A stretch of DNA of 14,597 nucleotides from Promethearchaeota archaeon (GCA_004524535.1 SDNY01000094.1:1-14597), one strand, 5' to 3'. Counted from the stretch's first letter, positions 1-8,788 are shown. The notes: generated by a model not told the origin, from the sequence alone. Program-made: numbers and translations.

Positions 1-3000
1 CCGAACGGAACCCAAATAGGAACACCGGATAATATGACGTTTATTGGCGGAATTAATTACAATTATACCTGGAACGTGAATTCATATGAAGCATTGGATA
101 ACTATTATTTCAATATCACCGCATGGGATACCTCGAGCAATGAAGCGAATGAAACACGATATTTCAATATAACCTCACCAGGAGATACGACCGATCCGAT
201 AATAAATATTACATACTATGATGGATATGCTGAATATCTCACAGGTTCAATTGAAGTCAATGTCACAGCATATGATGAGACTTTATTAAGAGAAGTTGCT
301 CCTGTACAAATTATATTCTTCTATCCAAACGGTACTATTATAGCAATTTATAATATGACTCATTTGAGTGGTGATATCTATAACTATACATGGAGTGTGA
401 ATTCTTATTCGCCATATTTTAACTATTACTTCAATATAACAGTATACGATAATAACACTAATCAAGCGTCGGCTATGAGATATTTTAATATAACTGATAA
501 CATCAATCCAAGTATAAATATCAACGAATATGACTCTCAGGCAGATTATGGTACTGGATCTATATTTGTTAACGTAACCGCAACTGATAACCACAAATTG
601 CGAGCTATTAATCCAGTTCAGTTAGAAATATATTATCCGAACGGTACATTATTAGGGATTTACAATATGATATATCAAGGAAATGATATCTATGAATATA
701 TTTGGAATGTTGATAACTATTGGCTTTGGAACAACTATTATTTCATTGTTGCAGCATACGATAATTCAAGTAATTCATATTCTACAGCTCAGACCAAATT
801 CAATATAACAGATACAATATGTCCAAATGTTATCATAGACAGCTACATGGATGAAGGTGAGTATGGTAACGGGAAGATCGAATTATACGCTACGATTACA
901 GATAACCATGCAATACAACTTCCAATCAACATCACCTTTTATTATCCAAATGGAGCTGTTATCGGTATATACGAGATGATTATTCTTGGGAATGACGAGT
1001 ACAAATTTACATGGTCTACCTTAGGTTATGATCATGACTTTAATTATTACTTTATCATCAATGCTTCAGACCCATCAGGAAACTTGAACGAAACAGAAAC
1101 TCGAATATTTAATATTGTAGATTCAGTTAGACCATCAATAACCGTTAATGACTATAATGAGATTGTTGAATATGGAATAGGCGACTTAAACTTAACTGTT
1201 ACAATAACAGATAATTATGGTCTAAACGAAACGAATCCAGTTGTTTTAAAAATTTACAATAGTACTAATGATATTATCTCGCAAGATTTGAATATGATTC
1301 ACTTAAGTGGAGATCTATATTTTTATAGTTGGAATCCAGGAACAACTCCCGTAGGTGATAATTATTACTTTAAAATCACGGCAACTGATAATAACACAAA
1401 TTCACGTACTACTAACAAAAGATCTTTCGATATAATCGATACTGTTAATCCATCGGTTATAATCATCTATAATGATGATGAAGCTGCTTATGGAACAGGC
1501 TCAATTGAAGTCAATATAAGCGCTTATGATAATTATCAATTGAATTCAACTAATCCTGTACAAATAACATTCTATGAAACAGATGGTACGATTATAGTAA
1601 CAGATCTAATGATCTTAATTGGACCAAATTACACCTATAACTGGCTTGCCGATCCTTATTATCAACCTGAACTTAATTACTATTTTACTATTATAGCTTA
1701 TGATTCTTCAGAGAACTCAAACACGACAACACAAGTATACTTTAATATAATAGATGAGATTATACCTATTATTCATGGGGCAAGCTATGAATCTCAAATT
1801 GCCTATACTAATGGAACTCTCACTGTTATCTGCAATATCACCGACAATCATGAAATCGAGTATGTTCAAATATTGCTCTTCGAACCAGATGATACACCAA
1901 TAGGAACATTTTATATGAACGAATCGGGAGACTATTATTCTTTTAGCTGGTTTAATCCAGAAACTTATAATCTTGATATTGATTATTACTACAATATTAC
2001 CGCTTATGATAAATCAGGAAATATCAATAATCCTTTCTGGAAATTCTTTGATATAATCGATATGGGAACGCCTAATATTACTATTACTTATTGGACAACT
2101 GATGTAGAATGGAGTACAGGAACATTTAAAGTAAATGTAAGTATCGAGGAGAATTATCAATTAGACGATGTACTAATTTCACTGTATTATGTAAACGGAA
2201 CTGTATTTGTTATCAATGATACTATGAATCAATGGGGTTCAGATGATAAGGAGTATTCTTATGAATATTTCATGGGTGGAGAACCACTAGAAGGAGGTTA
2301 TCGCTTTAAAATATTTGCGAATGACACGTCGGGTAATTTTGAGGACACTACGTATACGCTATTCGATGTCGTAGATACTGTGAAACCATGGGTATATAAT
2401 GTACAACCAGATGATACACAAGATGATGAATATCCTGGTGAGATTGAAATCACTGTAACTGTGACGGATAATTATAGACTAAGAACTTTTGATCCAGTTG
2501 AAATAACATTCTATTATCCAGGAGGTTCTATCTTAGGAACTTATACAATGAATTCGATTGGTGGAGATAATTATAAATATACTCTCAGTGGATTAAACAA
2601 TTATGCACCAGCTGCGACATATTATTTTACAATTACGGCTTATGATAGTTCATTAAATTCAAATACAACCATCGCACAAAACTTCGAGATATTAGATATA
2701 ATTATATTCCAAGATCTGTATACTTACAAAGACTACATGTTAAAAACGACAAAAGTAAGATATTATCAGAATCCATCGAAATCGAATTATCTAATAGTTA
2801 TATCACCATTAGTTGCTCAGATTGCTCATATTGAAAAGCAATTAAAATTGGGAATAAATCCTAACACGACTTTAGATGCATATAGGCAATCAATCAGAGA
2901 TGCAATTGCAGCCGCATTAGACGCACATCCAAATGCGTATGTTTATATCATGGATTCGGATCTCTATTACACTTATAGTAAATCAGTTATAACTCGTGAT

Positions 3001-5811
3001 TTCAATGGATTTTTACTTTACGCGAAAAGTAATGTATGGGCGAGAGAGAACTTTTATTTCTCGTATTCTGTACTTGGCAATCCAAGAGATTACTATAGAT
3101 ACACTTTTCAAAAATATCAGTATTATATTCGAAATAAAGTGTTACAATTAAAGACCAGTTTTTACGAACATACAAATGTCTTACTTTTAGGTGATTCCCT
3201 CGAGTTTCCAGAATATTGGGTTTATTCCTATTGGGGTGGTAGCTACAGATATTACTTTTCAGACAATTATTATCTCTACTATGGTTCACAAATGTTAGGT
3301 GCTGTTGGTCGATTGCCAATTGAACAAGCAGCGTCATATTTTGCAGAAGTAAAAAATGTTAATTTTGCGAAAATTGCTCATATAGGAGGATATAGGGGAT
3401 CTTATAATTGGAACTATTATAAACAGTATTACTTATTTTACAGACAATTCTATCTTTGGGGCAAAGGATATTCCTATGTTTATTGGGAACCAGATATGCA
3501 ACCTACAACGTCTCGTTTGGCGAACTCGGATTTGATCATTACAGGCTTTAATGGTCATATGTATTATGGACCATGGTATGGAGGAATGGCGTATAATCCG
3601 AATAATATGGATCCTTCAATTATGATGGGATATACAAACGCAATCTCAAACACAATTTATTACGACTTTTCATTAGGAACATTTGTCTCAGCATACGGTA
3701 CTCAAGCGGTAGATAATGGTGTTTCTATTTTAGGTAGTACGGGGGATACATATGTAGTGTCATATACTAATTATTTAGATAGTGCATACATCCAAATGTA
3801 TATTCTTCATGAAATGTTTAGAGGCAGATATTCAACTTTAGGACAAGTGTACAGCGCTGCGATTAATTATTATAAATACTACTGGTTCGTAGCTGAAATT
3901 CGTTTATTAGGAGATCCGGGTCTAGATGTAAGCAGTTTAGATGACCCTGGAGAAGAAGTTTTAGAAGATCTGCCCGAAAATTTTGAAGCTCAGTATTGGA
4001 ACTTAGATTATGGAATTAATGATACAGGACAAGGAGAAATGCTTTATTTCAACATCACAGATAAATATACAACGCCAGGTGTGACGGAAATGATAGCAGA
4101 ACAATCATTTGCATCTGTATTTGGAGGAGACTTAGTTGTACCAACCTTTGTATATTACCTTGAAATGAATAAAAATCAATCACTAGTAGATGTAAAACTA
4201 AAATTAGCGGATAATGTAACAATACCGATAACGAGTCCTATAACACTTGATGGATATCTCCTTACTGAAAATGGTAAAGTCGCAATCCCTAATGTCAACA
4301 TTGAAGAACAGACAACGTATCCAAAAATACAAATTGAGGAGACTGAACTTTCATGGAAACGAGTTTATACCATAACGGTATTTCCAGCGGAATGGAAAGA
4401 GGGTCAACTGGCGTTTATCTGTTCAAGGGATATAAAATTAGAATTTACAATAGAAAACGTTACTTTGGCACCGAACGCTACTCTGAGTTATGAAGAAGTT
4501 GAATTTTCCAAACTCGTTTATTCTACAAAGAATTATACACTTGGATTTAACATCAATAATTTGATCGATAGCACCGAAAACGCCACCATGGTAAATATAA
4601 CGGTTTTAATTCCATTTGATTTGACTATTTTAGATTGTACATCTGGAAATTTAACTATTCAAGAATTATTATGGTGGAATATTACGTGGAACGTTGGAAA
4701 TATTACTTACAGTAAATATTTATTCATTGATTACTTAGCACCTGATGCAATTTCTGATTCATTCGAACGAAATATTACTATAATAGTAGAATATTTCTCA
4801 GAAGGAGGAATAAAGTATAATAAATACAATGTTACTCTAATACTGAAATATTTAAAGGATAATTTAGTCAATCTAAAGTTGGATGATATAGTCATAGAAG
4901 ATATAGCGCAATTTTACGTCTCTGATACTTTAAGCATAGAATTTATTGTCAATAATTCTGGTCATTTAAAAATCAGTAAAATTCAAGTACAGGTTCTTGC
5001 CGATGGTGTAGAAATTTATTCATATACCATTGCTTCGCTTAATCCTGGGTTTTATGTGATATTTGCGATATCCACTTCATTCACTAACGCTGGAGATCAT
5101 GATGTTGATATACAGATAAATGCACAGGCCTTAGGAATCGAATCTAATGAAGTTGATAACTTCTATTCCACTACAATTTCGGTATTAGCTGCTCCAGCGG
5201 GTCCAGGAGGTGTTGCTCCAGCTGGCGGTGGTGGAGGTGGTGGAGGTGGTGAAGAAGAATTTCCGTTCCTAATCCTTTCAATCATAATCATAGCAATAAT
5301 AGGCTGTGTTGTAATAGTCGGAGTGAATGCTGTAAGAAGACGTGGCATGGTTAGCCTCAAAGAGGCAAAAAAAGTAGCAAAAAAAGAAATTGATAAAGAA
5401 ACAGGTATTGAGGTCGAACCAAAGAAGCTAGTTTGTATTGTACATAGGGGTCCTGTAGCGGGTGGGGTCTATATATGTCCTAACTGCCAATCGATATTTT
5501 GTGAGAAATGTGCATTAGCTTTAAAGAAAAAGGGAGAAAATTGCTGGACATGCGATCATGAGATTACTATACCTGGAGCTAAAAAGATTTCTAAGGAAAA
5601 AACAATAGTTAAAGAAAAAGATAACATGAAGAAGAAAAAAATTGTTGCGACTGTAATTCCAGATGGAGAACATAAAAAGAAAACAAAACAAAAAGATGCC
5701 AAATCATCGAAAGCAGATGAACAAGAGAAATCACAGACAAAAGAATCTAAATTTAGAATAAGAGCAAAACTTAAAGATAAAACTCCCGAAAAAGAAGATA
5801 ATGGGAGATAA
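1..5811 (+). CDS. Giant single-pass cell-surface protein, 5'-partial: Ig-like repeats, C25 (gingipain-like) fold lacking Cys, C25-propeptide-like, DUF11-like, CARDB, poly-Gly, TM, cytoplasmic RING-like Zn finger, Lys-rich tail
   Basis: The frame is open from base 1 (PNGTQIGTPDN before the ATG at 34) and starts mid-repeat, so the true start lies upstream. C25 motifs: NYLIVIS (2785), VLLLGD..FP (~3178), SD.YY, VGRLP (3304), NGH (3550-3558), LLGDP (3904). CARDB-like segment 4867-5184 (VNNSG, LNPG, ESNEVDN). Gly9 at 5224-5250. TM at ~5260-5325 followed by RRR. Zn finger at 5434-5553. Confidence 0.9.
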   Translation, partial: PNGTQIGTPDNMTFIGGINYNYTWNVNSYEALDNYYFNITAWDTSSNEANETRYFNITSPGDTTDPIINITYYDGYAEYLTGSIEVNVTAYDETLLREVAPVQIIFFYPNGTIIAIYNMTHLSGDIYNYTWSVNSYSPYFNYYFNITVYDNNTNQASAMRYFNITDNINPSININEYDSQADYGTGSIFVNVTATDNHKLRAINPVQLEIYYPNGTLLGIYNMIYQGNDIYEYIWNVDNYWLWNNYYFIVAAYDNSSNSYSTAQTKFNITDTICPNVIIDSYMDEGEYGNGKIELYATITDNHAIQLPINITFYYPNGAVIGIYEMIILGNDEYKFTWSTLGYDHDFNYYFIINASDPSGNLNETETRIFNIVDSVRPSITVNDYNEIVEYGIGDLNLTVTITDNYGLNETNPVVLKIYNSTNDIISQDLNMIHLSGDLYFYSWNPGTTPVGDNYYFKITATDNNTNSRTTNKRSFDIIDTVNPSVIIIYNDDEAAYGTGSIEVNISAYDNYQLNSTNPVQITFYETDGTIIVTDLMILIGPNYTYNWLADPYYQPELNYYFTIIAYDSSENSNTTTQVYFNIIDEIIPIIHGASYESQIAYTNGTLTVICNITDNHEIEYVQILLFEPDDTPIGTFYMNESGDYYSFSWFNPETYNLDIDYYYNITAYDKSGNINNPFWKFFDIIDMGTPNITITYWTTDVEWSTGTFKVNVSIEENYQLDDVLISLYYVNGTVFVINDTMNQWGSDDKEYSYEYFMGGEPLEGGYRFKIFANDTSGNFEDTTYTLFDVVDTVKPWVYNVQPDDTQDDEYPGEIEITVTVTDNYRLRTFDPVEITFYYPGGSILGTYTMNSIGGDNYKYTLSGLNNYAPAATYYFTITAYDSSLNSNTTIAQNFEILDIIIFQDLYTYKDYMLKTTKVRYYQNPSKSNYLIVISPLVAQIAHIEKQLKLGINPNTTLDAYRQSIRDAIAAALDAHPNAYVYIMDSDLYYTYSKSVITRDFNGFLLYAKSNVWARENFYFSYSVLGNPRDYYRYTFQKYQYYIRNKVLQLKTSFYEHTNVLLLGDSLEFPEYWVYSYWGGSYRYYFSDNYYLYYGSQMLGAVGRLPIEQAASYFAEVKNVNFAKIAHIGGYRGSYNWNYYKQYYLFYRQFYLWGKGYSYVYWEPDMQPTTSRLANSDLIITGFNGHMYYGPWYGGMAYNPNNMDPSIMMGYTNAISNTIYYDFSLGTFVSAYGTQAVDNGVSILGSTGDTYVVSYTNYLDSAYIQMYILHEMFRGRYSTLGQVYSAAINYYKYYWFVAEIRLLGDPGLDVSSLDDPGEEVLEDLPENFEAQYWNLDYGINDTGQGEMLYFNITDKYTTPGVTEMIAEQSFASVFGGDLVVPTFVYYLEMNKNQSLVDVKLKLADNVTIPITSPITLDGYLLTENGKVAIPNVNIEEQTTYPKIQIEETELSWKRVYTITVFPAEWKEGQLAFICSRDIKLEFTIENVTLAPNATLSYEEVEFSKLVYSTKNYTLGFNINNLIDSTENATMVNITVLIPFDLTILDCTSGNLTIQELLWWNITWNVGNITYSKYLFIDYLAPDAISDSFERNITIIVEYFSEGGIKYNKYNVTLILKYLKDNLVNLKLDDIVIEDIAQFYVSDTLSIEFIVNNSGHLKISKIQVQVLADGVEIYSYTIASLNPGFYVIFAISTSFTNAGDHDVDIQINAQALGIESNEVDNFYSTTISVLAAPAGPGGVAPAGGGGGGGGGEEEFPFLILSIIIIAIIGCVVIVGVNAVRRRGMVSLKEAKKVAKKEIDKETGIEVEPKKLVCIVHRGPVAGGVYICPNCQSIFCEKCALALKKKGENCWTCDHEITIPGAKKISKEKTIVKEKDNMKKKKIVATVIPDGEHKKKTKQKDAKSSKADEQEKSQTKESKFRIRAKLKDKTPEKEDNGR
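184..2694 (+). repeat. Eight complete, diverged tandem Ig-like repeats of ~102-107 aa, plus a partial one at 1-183
   Basis: Units start D-x3-P (DTTDP, DNINP, DTICP, DSVRP, DTVNP, DEIIP, DMGTP, DTVKP). They share Y-G-x-G, TDN, V-x-I-x-FYYPNG, M, Y-x-Y-x-W and YYF-x-I-x-AYD-x-S-x-N, and end F-[ND]-I. They carry many N-x-S/T sequons. Confidence 0.9.
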
Positions 5812-5822
5812 TCTAATTATAA

Positions 5823-5838
5823 TTTTTTTTTTATTATT
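5823..5838 (+). terminator. Oligo-T tract, probable archaeal intrinsic terminator of the surface-protein gene
   Basis: A T10 run begins 12 nt after the TAA at 5809-5811. Confidence 0.5.
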
Positions 5839-5940
5839 AACTATCAAAACATTTTAAGTAATCCTCTTCGTAATAAAACAGATCTATTAATCTATTTTTG
5901 ATATTTTTTATTAAATTGTTTTTTGTACTTCTTTGAATAA

Positions 5941-6160
5941 TTAATTTACTTTTTCTTCGCTTAAATATGAAAATTTGCCTTCTGAAGTATATTTGAATAT
6001 ACTCGAATTATCGGCTATATATTTACCCTCTTTAGTATAAATTATTATATTTTTTTTATTATTAAATTTATTATCTTCTAAGAAACAATAGATATTTCTT
6101 AGTTCTTTCCGAAATCTGTCTCGAAATGAATCACAGCAGTATGAACTTAACAATTTACCG
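5941..6160 (-). pseudogene. Possible 3' remnant of an unknown gene (part of track ORF 5941..6204)
   Basis: About 72 open codons in very AT-rich DNA (GKLLSSYCCDSFRDRF...EEKVN*). The first ~15 codons of the track ORF are only the antisense of the + strand fragment at 6164-6298. No family recognised. Confidence 0.3.
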
Positions 6161-6163
6161 TAG

Positions 6164-6298
6164 ATAACTGATGAAGTAGGAAACGATACGCTTAAATGGA
6201 CCATAGAAGAATTAGCTGAGGGCGAGAAAGTCGAATTTGCCTACCAAATCCATGGTAAAGGTGAATATAGACCATCTGAAGCACAACTAGCTTTCTAA
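6164..6298 (+). pseudogene. Headless C-terminal gene fragment, 44 aa, Ig/DUF11-like strands
   Basis: Reads ITDEVGNDTLKWTIEELAEGEKVEFAYQIHGKGEYRPSEAQLAF*. It is preceded by an in-frame TAG (6161-6163) and has no ATG/GTG/TTG start. It is GC-richer than its flanks and followed by a T-rich terminator-like tract. The L-x-W-x-I-x-x-L-x-x-GE-x3-F-x-Y pattern resembles DUF11/Ig-fold strands. Confidence 0.65.
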
Positions 6299-6324
6299 GA
6301 AAAGACAATTTAAATCTAATACTA

Positions 6325-6352
6325 TTTTTATTTTTTGTTTTGTTTTGTTTTT
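6325..6352 (+). terminator. T-rich (TTTTG)n tract, probable terminator of the 6164-6298 remnant
   Basis: tttttattttttgttttgttttgttttt starts ~27 nt after the TAA at 6296-6298. Confidence 0.5.
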
Positions 6353-6480
6353 ACATATTTTTCTTAACTTCAATGAACTTTTTTTAATAATAAAAGCATA
6401 AATTAAATTAGTCAAAATTAAATAATTTCACCCTATTCTCTAAATAATTAATTCTTGATAATTAGCTTTTTGAAAAAATT

Positions 6481-8163
6481 ATGTTAAAGAAATTGTATCA
6501 TCAAAATTGGATTTTTGAGTGCCCAGATGCGGTAATGACTTGTTCTATTTTAAAATGCAATGAGGAAGCATTTTTAATATTTGGGGGACACGATAAAACT
6601 CTCTACCTTATGGATAATGATTTGAGGATATATGATAAGGTATCCTTTGATGGTTGGTGCAGATGTACTTATCCTATAGATTTAGATGGTGATAAATGCG
6701 ATGAAGTATTAGTGGGAACTGGTGATGGACATTTCGTAGTTCTAAAACTAACAATGCCTACATCTGGTTGCGAAACTTCAGAAAACACTATGAAATTAGA
6801 GGGTATCATGAATTATAAGTTAAGCGGTATGGTTAACTGCTGTGCTGCCGGAGATTTGTCTGGTGATAATAATATCGAGTTAATGTTTGGTGGTGAGGAT
6901 AAAACCGTAAGAGTATTTAAAAACGTTTTTTCTGAAAAGCCGTTCTTAACTTTTTATTATGATTCATGGGTAACCGCATGTTGCTTTGGTTATTTAAAGA
7001 TTCCAGAATTTGATAAACCTGTTGCTTCATTATTGGTAGGAACAAGAAATGGTTTACTCCAATTAATTCATATGAAGAATGATAACCCTGAAATTCTCTG
7101 GCAACAAAATGTTTATGCTGAAATTAATGATATAAAAATAGGAGATATAACGAATGATGGCTTAAATGAAATTATTGTAGCCTCAGACGATTCATATGTA
7201 AAAATTTATGATTCTAAAGGGAAAAGAATTAAATTTATATTTATTGAAGAAGTCATTAAGGGGCAAAAAAAAAATCCTAAACGACTAAATCGCCCAAAAT
7301 CACTCCTTATTGAAGATATCGATGGCGATAAAGCAAATGAAATTGTAGTTGGATGTGCAGATGGGACTTTAAGAATTTTTCATAATATAAAATTAAACTC
7401 GAAAGATATTGAGTTAAAATGGAAAACGACAACTAAACTTTCTGCCTCGATTAAAAATATATGTGCTTGTATGAACAAGCAACAAAAAGTAAAAAACATA
7501 ATTTATGGAGGATATGAGCGTACTATTAGAAATATTTCTGATTTTGAATGGGGGAAAAAACCACTTCTTAAAATTCCTATAAAATTTAGAATTCCTCAAG
7601 TTTCTATAAAAGAACAATCAAATCAATCCGAGGAAATTTTGAAAATTAAAAAAGTTCCAACAAACTTGAGGGGATTTATCAAAGAATTGCTTGATAAGCA
7701 AGGATTTTATATGACCTTAGACTTGTTAATTAGCGATTTAATGGACAAGGGTTATACTCGAAAAGAAATCAATGAAGAATTAGAATTCTTAAAAAGTAAA
7801 GGCGCTATGTGCTATGAAAAAGTGGATATAGATGCCTGGAGTTTAGTGAATGAATTGATTGATGAATTGATTAAAACTGAGGCAAATACATCAAAAAAAC
7901 CTCATAAAATCGAAGAAGGTACTACAGAAAAATCTGAAGAACCTGAAGCTTCAACCTCTGATAAAACGGAGGAAATAGATAAGATCATAATTAATATTTT
8001 AAACGAACAGAAAATCATACCAACAAAAGAGGAGTTGGTTTCTTCAGTTGCTTCAAAAGGATATAATAAAGATGCTATTAATCAAAGGATAAATGCTTTC
8101 AAAAATAAAAATAAAATCAAATTTTCAAGAAGCGATCCACGTGGATGGAGTATTGTAGATTAA
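6481..8163 (+). CDS. Cytoplasmic FG-GAP/WD-like beta-propeller protein (BBS2/ITFG2-like motifs) with two C-terminal winged-helix-like repeats
   Basis: Four D-x-[DST]-[GN]-D-x3-E motifs (DLDGDKCDEVLVG, DLSGDNNIELMFGGEDKTVRVF, DITNDGLNEIIVASDDSYVKIY, DIDGDKANEIVVGCADGTLRIF). No signal peptide or TM. Two related ~63-aa units at 7657-7845 and 7969-8160 (L...KGY...I...K.K......WS). Confidence 0.85.
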   Translation: MLKKLYHQNWIFECPDAVMTCSILKCNEEAFLIFGGHDKTLYLMDNDLRIYDKVSFDGWCRCTYPIDLDGDKCDEVLVGTGDGHFVVLKLTMPTSGCETSENTMKLEGIMNYKLSGMVNCCAAGDLSGDNNIELMFGGEDKTVRVFKNVFSEKPFLTFYYDSWVTACCFGYLKIPEFDKPVASLLVGTRNGLLQLIHMKNDNPEILWQQNVYAEINDIKIGDITNDGLNEIIVASDDSYVKIYDSKGKRIKFIFIEEVIKGQKKNPKRLNRPKSLLIEDIDGDKANEIVVGCADGTLRIFHNIKLNSKDIELKWKTTTKLSASIKNICACMNKQQKVKNIIYGGYERTIRNISDFEWGKKPLLKIPIKFRIPQVSIKEQSNQSEEILKIKKVPTNLRGFIKELLDKQGFYMTLDLLISDLMDKGYTRKEINEELEFLKSKGAMCYEKVDIDAWSLVNELIDELIKTEANTSKKPHKIEEGTTEKSEEPEASTSDKTEEIDKIIINILNEQKIIPTKEELVSSVASKGYNKDAINQRINAFKNKNKIKFSRSDPRGWSIVD

Positions 8164-8289
8164 TGCTAGATACTAAAATAATCTTTTAAATTCTACTTAA
8201 AGGATTCAAATATTGTTAAGTTGATGAAATCCCCATTATAATATTATTGAATAAATCTCTGAAGGATGGACTTTCGTTTACTAATTTAT

Positions 8290-8724
8290 CTAAAAAAAAT
8301 ATTCTCTTATTGTATCTTTAAAAGGTTGAAATAAATTAATATCTGTAAAATCTTCATTTTGATATTTTTGAATGAAATTTTCTAAGATCGGAGTTGTTTT
8401 CAGGAAAAATTTCTGCACATTTTTATCTGGGTTTTTTTTTTTCTTTTCAATTAATCCATACATAATAATAGGTTCAGCAGAATTAGCATCTTTACTTTTT
8501 ATTTTTGAGAACTTAAAGACAAACAATATGTTACCACTTTCTAAATATTCCAAATTATTATTATTAAAGGCGCTCTTTGCAAATGTACTAATTGCCGATA
8601 TAAACGCACCTCTTAGATCTTTCTTTTCACCTAAATCTTTTTGAGTTGGTAGTTCTTTAAAGGTGTGACTAACTATGGTAAATCCACGAAGTATGAATCC
8701 AATTTCATAAATTAATTCTTTTAT
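8290..8724 (-). CDS. Longin-like domain protein, 144 aa (paralogue 2), extended from the 87-aa track ORF
   Basis: The frame stays open 57 codons above 8553: IKELIYEIGFILRGFTIVSHTFKELPTQKDLGEKKDLRGAFISAISTFAKSAFNNNN, then LEYLESGN. It aligns end to end with 8838..9263. An in-frame TGA at 8733-8731 leaves ATA (8724-8722) as the likely start. The hairpin, helix (GAFISAISTFA), three strands, helix pattern fits a longin fold. Confidence 0.8.
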   Translation of the reverse strand: MKELIYEIGFILRGFTIVSHTFKELPTQKDLGEKKDLRGAFISAISTFAKSAFNNNNLEYLESGNILFVFKFSKIKSKDANSAEPIIMYGLIEKKKKNPDKNVQKFFLKTTPILENFIQKYQNEDFTDINLFQPFKDTIREYFF

Positions 8725-8788
8725 GGAATTTCACTTTTTTAGAATTTTAAATAATCAAAATATTTCTTAAGAAATAATAAAACAATAT

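Noticed and set aside
286-594. Track ORF, 102 aa, minus strand
   Set aside because: It lies fully antisense to the Ig-repeat region of the giant gene and has no motifs.
184-2694. DGR template/variable repeat or recent DNA-level duplication among the Ig repeats
   Set aside because: The repeats are diverged at all base types, no near-identical pair differing only at adenines was noticed, and the window has no reverse transcriptase.
3002-3337. Track ORF, 111 aa, minus strand
   Set aside because: Antisense shadow of the C25-like domain.
5163-5360. Track ORF with poly-Pro, minus strand
   Set aside because: The poly-Pro is simply the reverse complement of the Gly9 linker codons.
6161-6163. TAG read-through (pyrrolysine or recoding) joining the 6164-6298 fragment to upstream codons
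   Set aside because: The upstream frame shows no convincing start or coding character, and TAG is a normal stop in other genes here (8290, 8838, 12447).
7414-7617. Track ORF, 67 aa, minus strand
   Set aside because: Antisense to the propeller gene, with the Phe-rich composition expected from Lys/Glu codons on the other strand.
8372-8644. Track ORF, 90 aa, plus strand
   Set aside because: Antisense to the longin-like gene 8290..8724, which is supported by paralogy.
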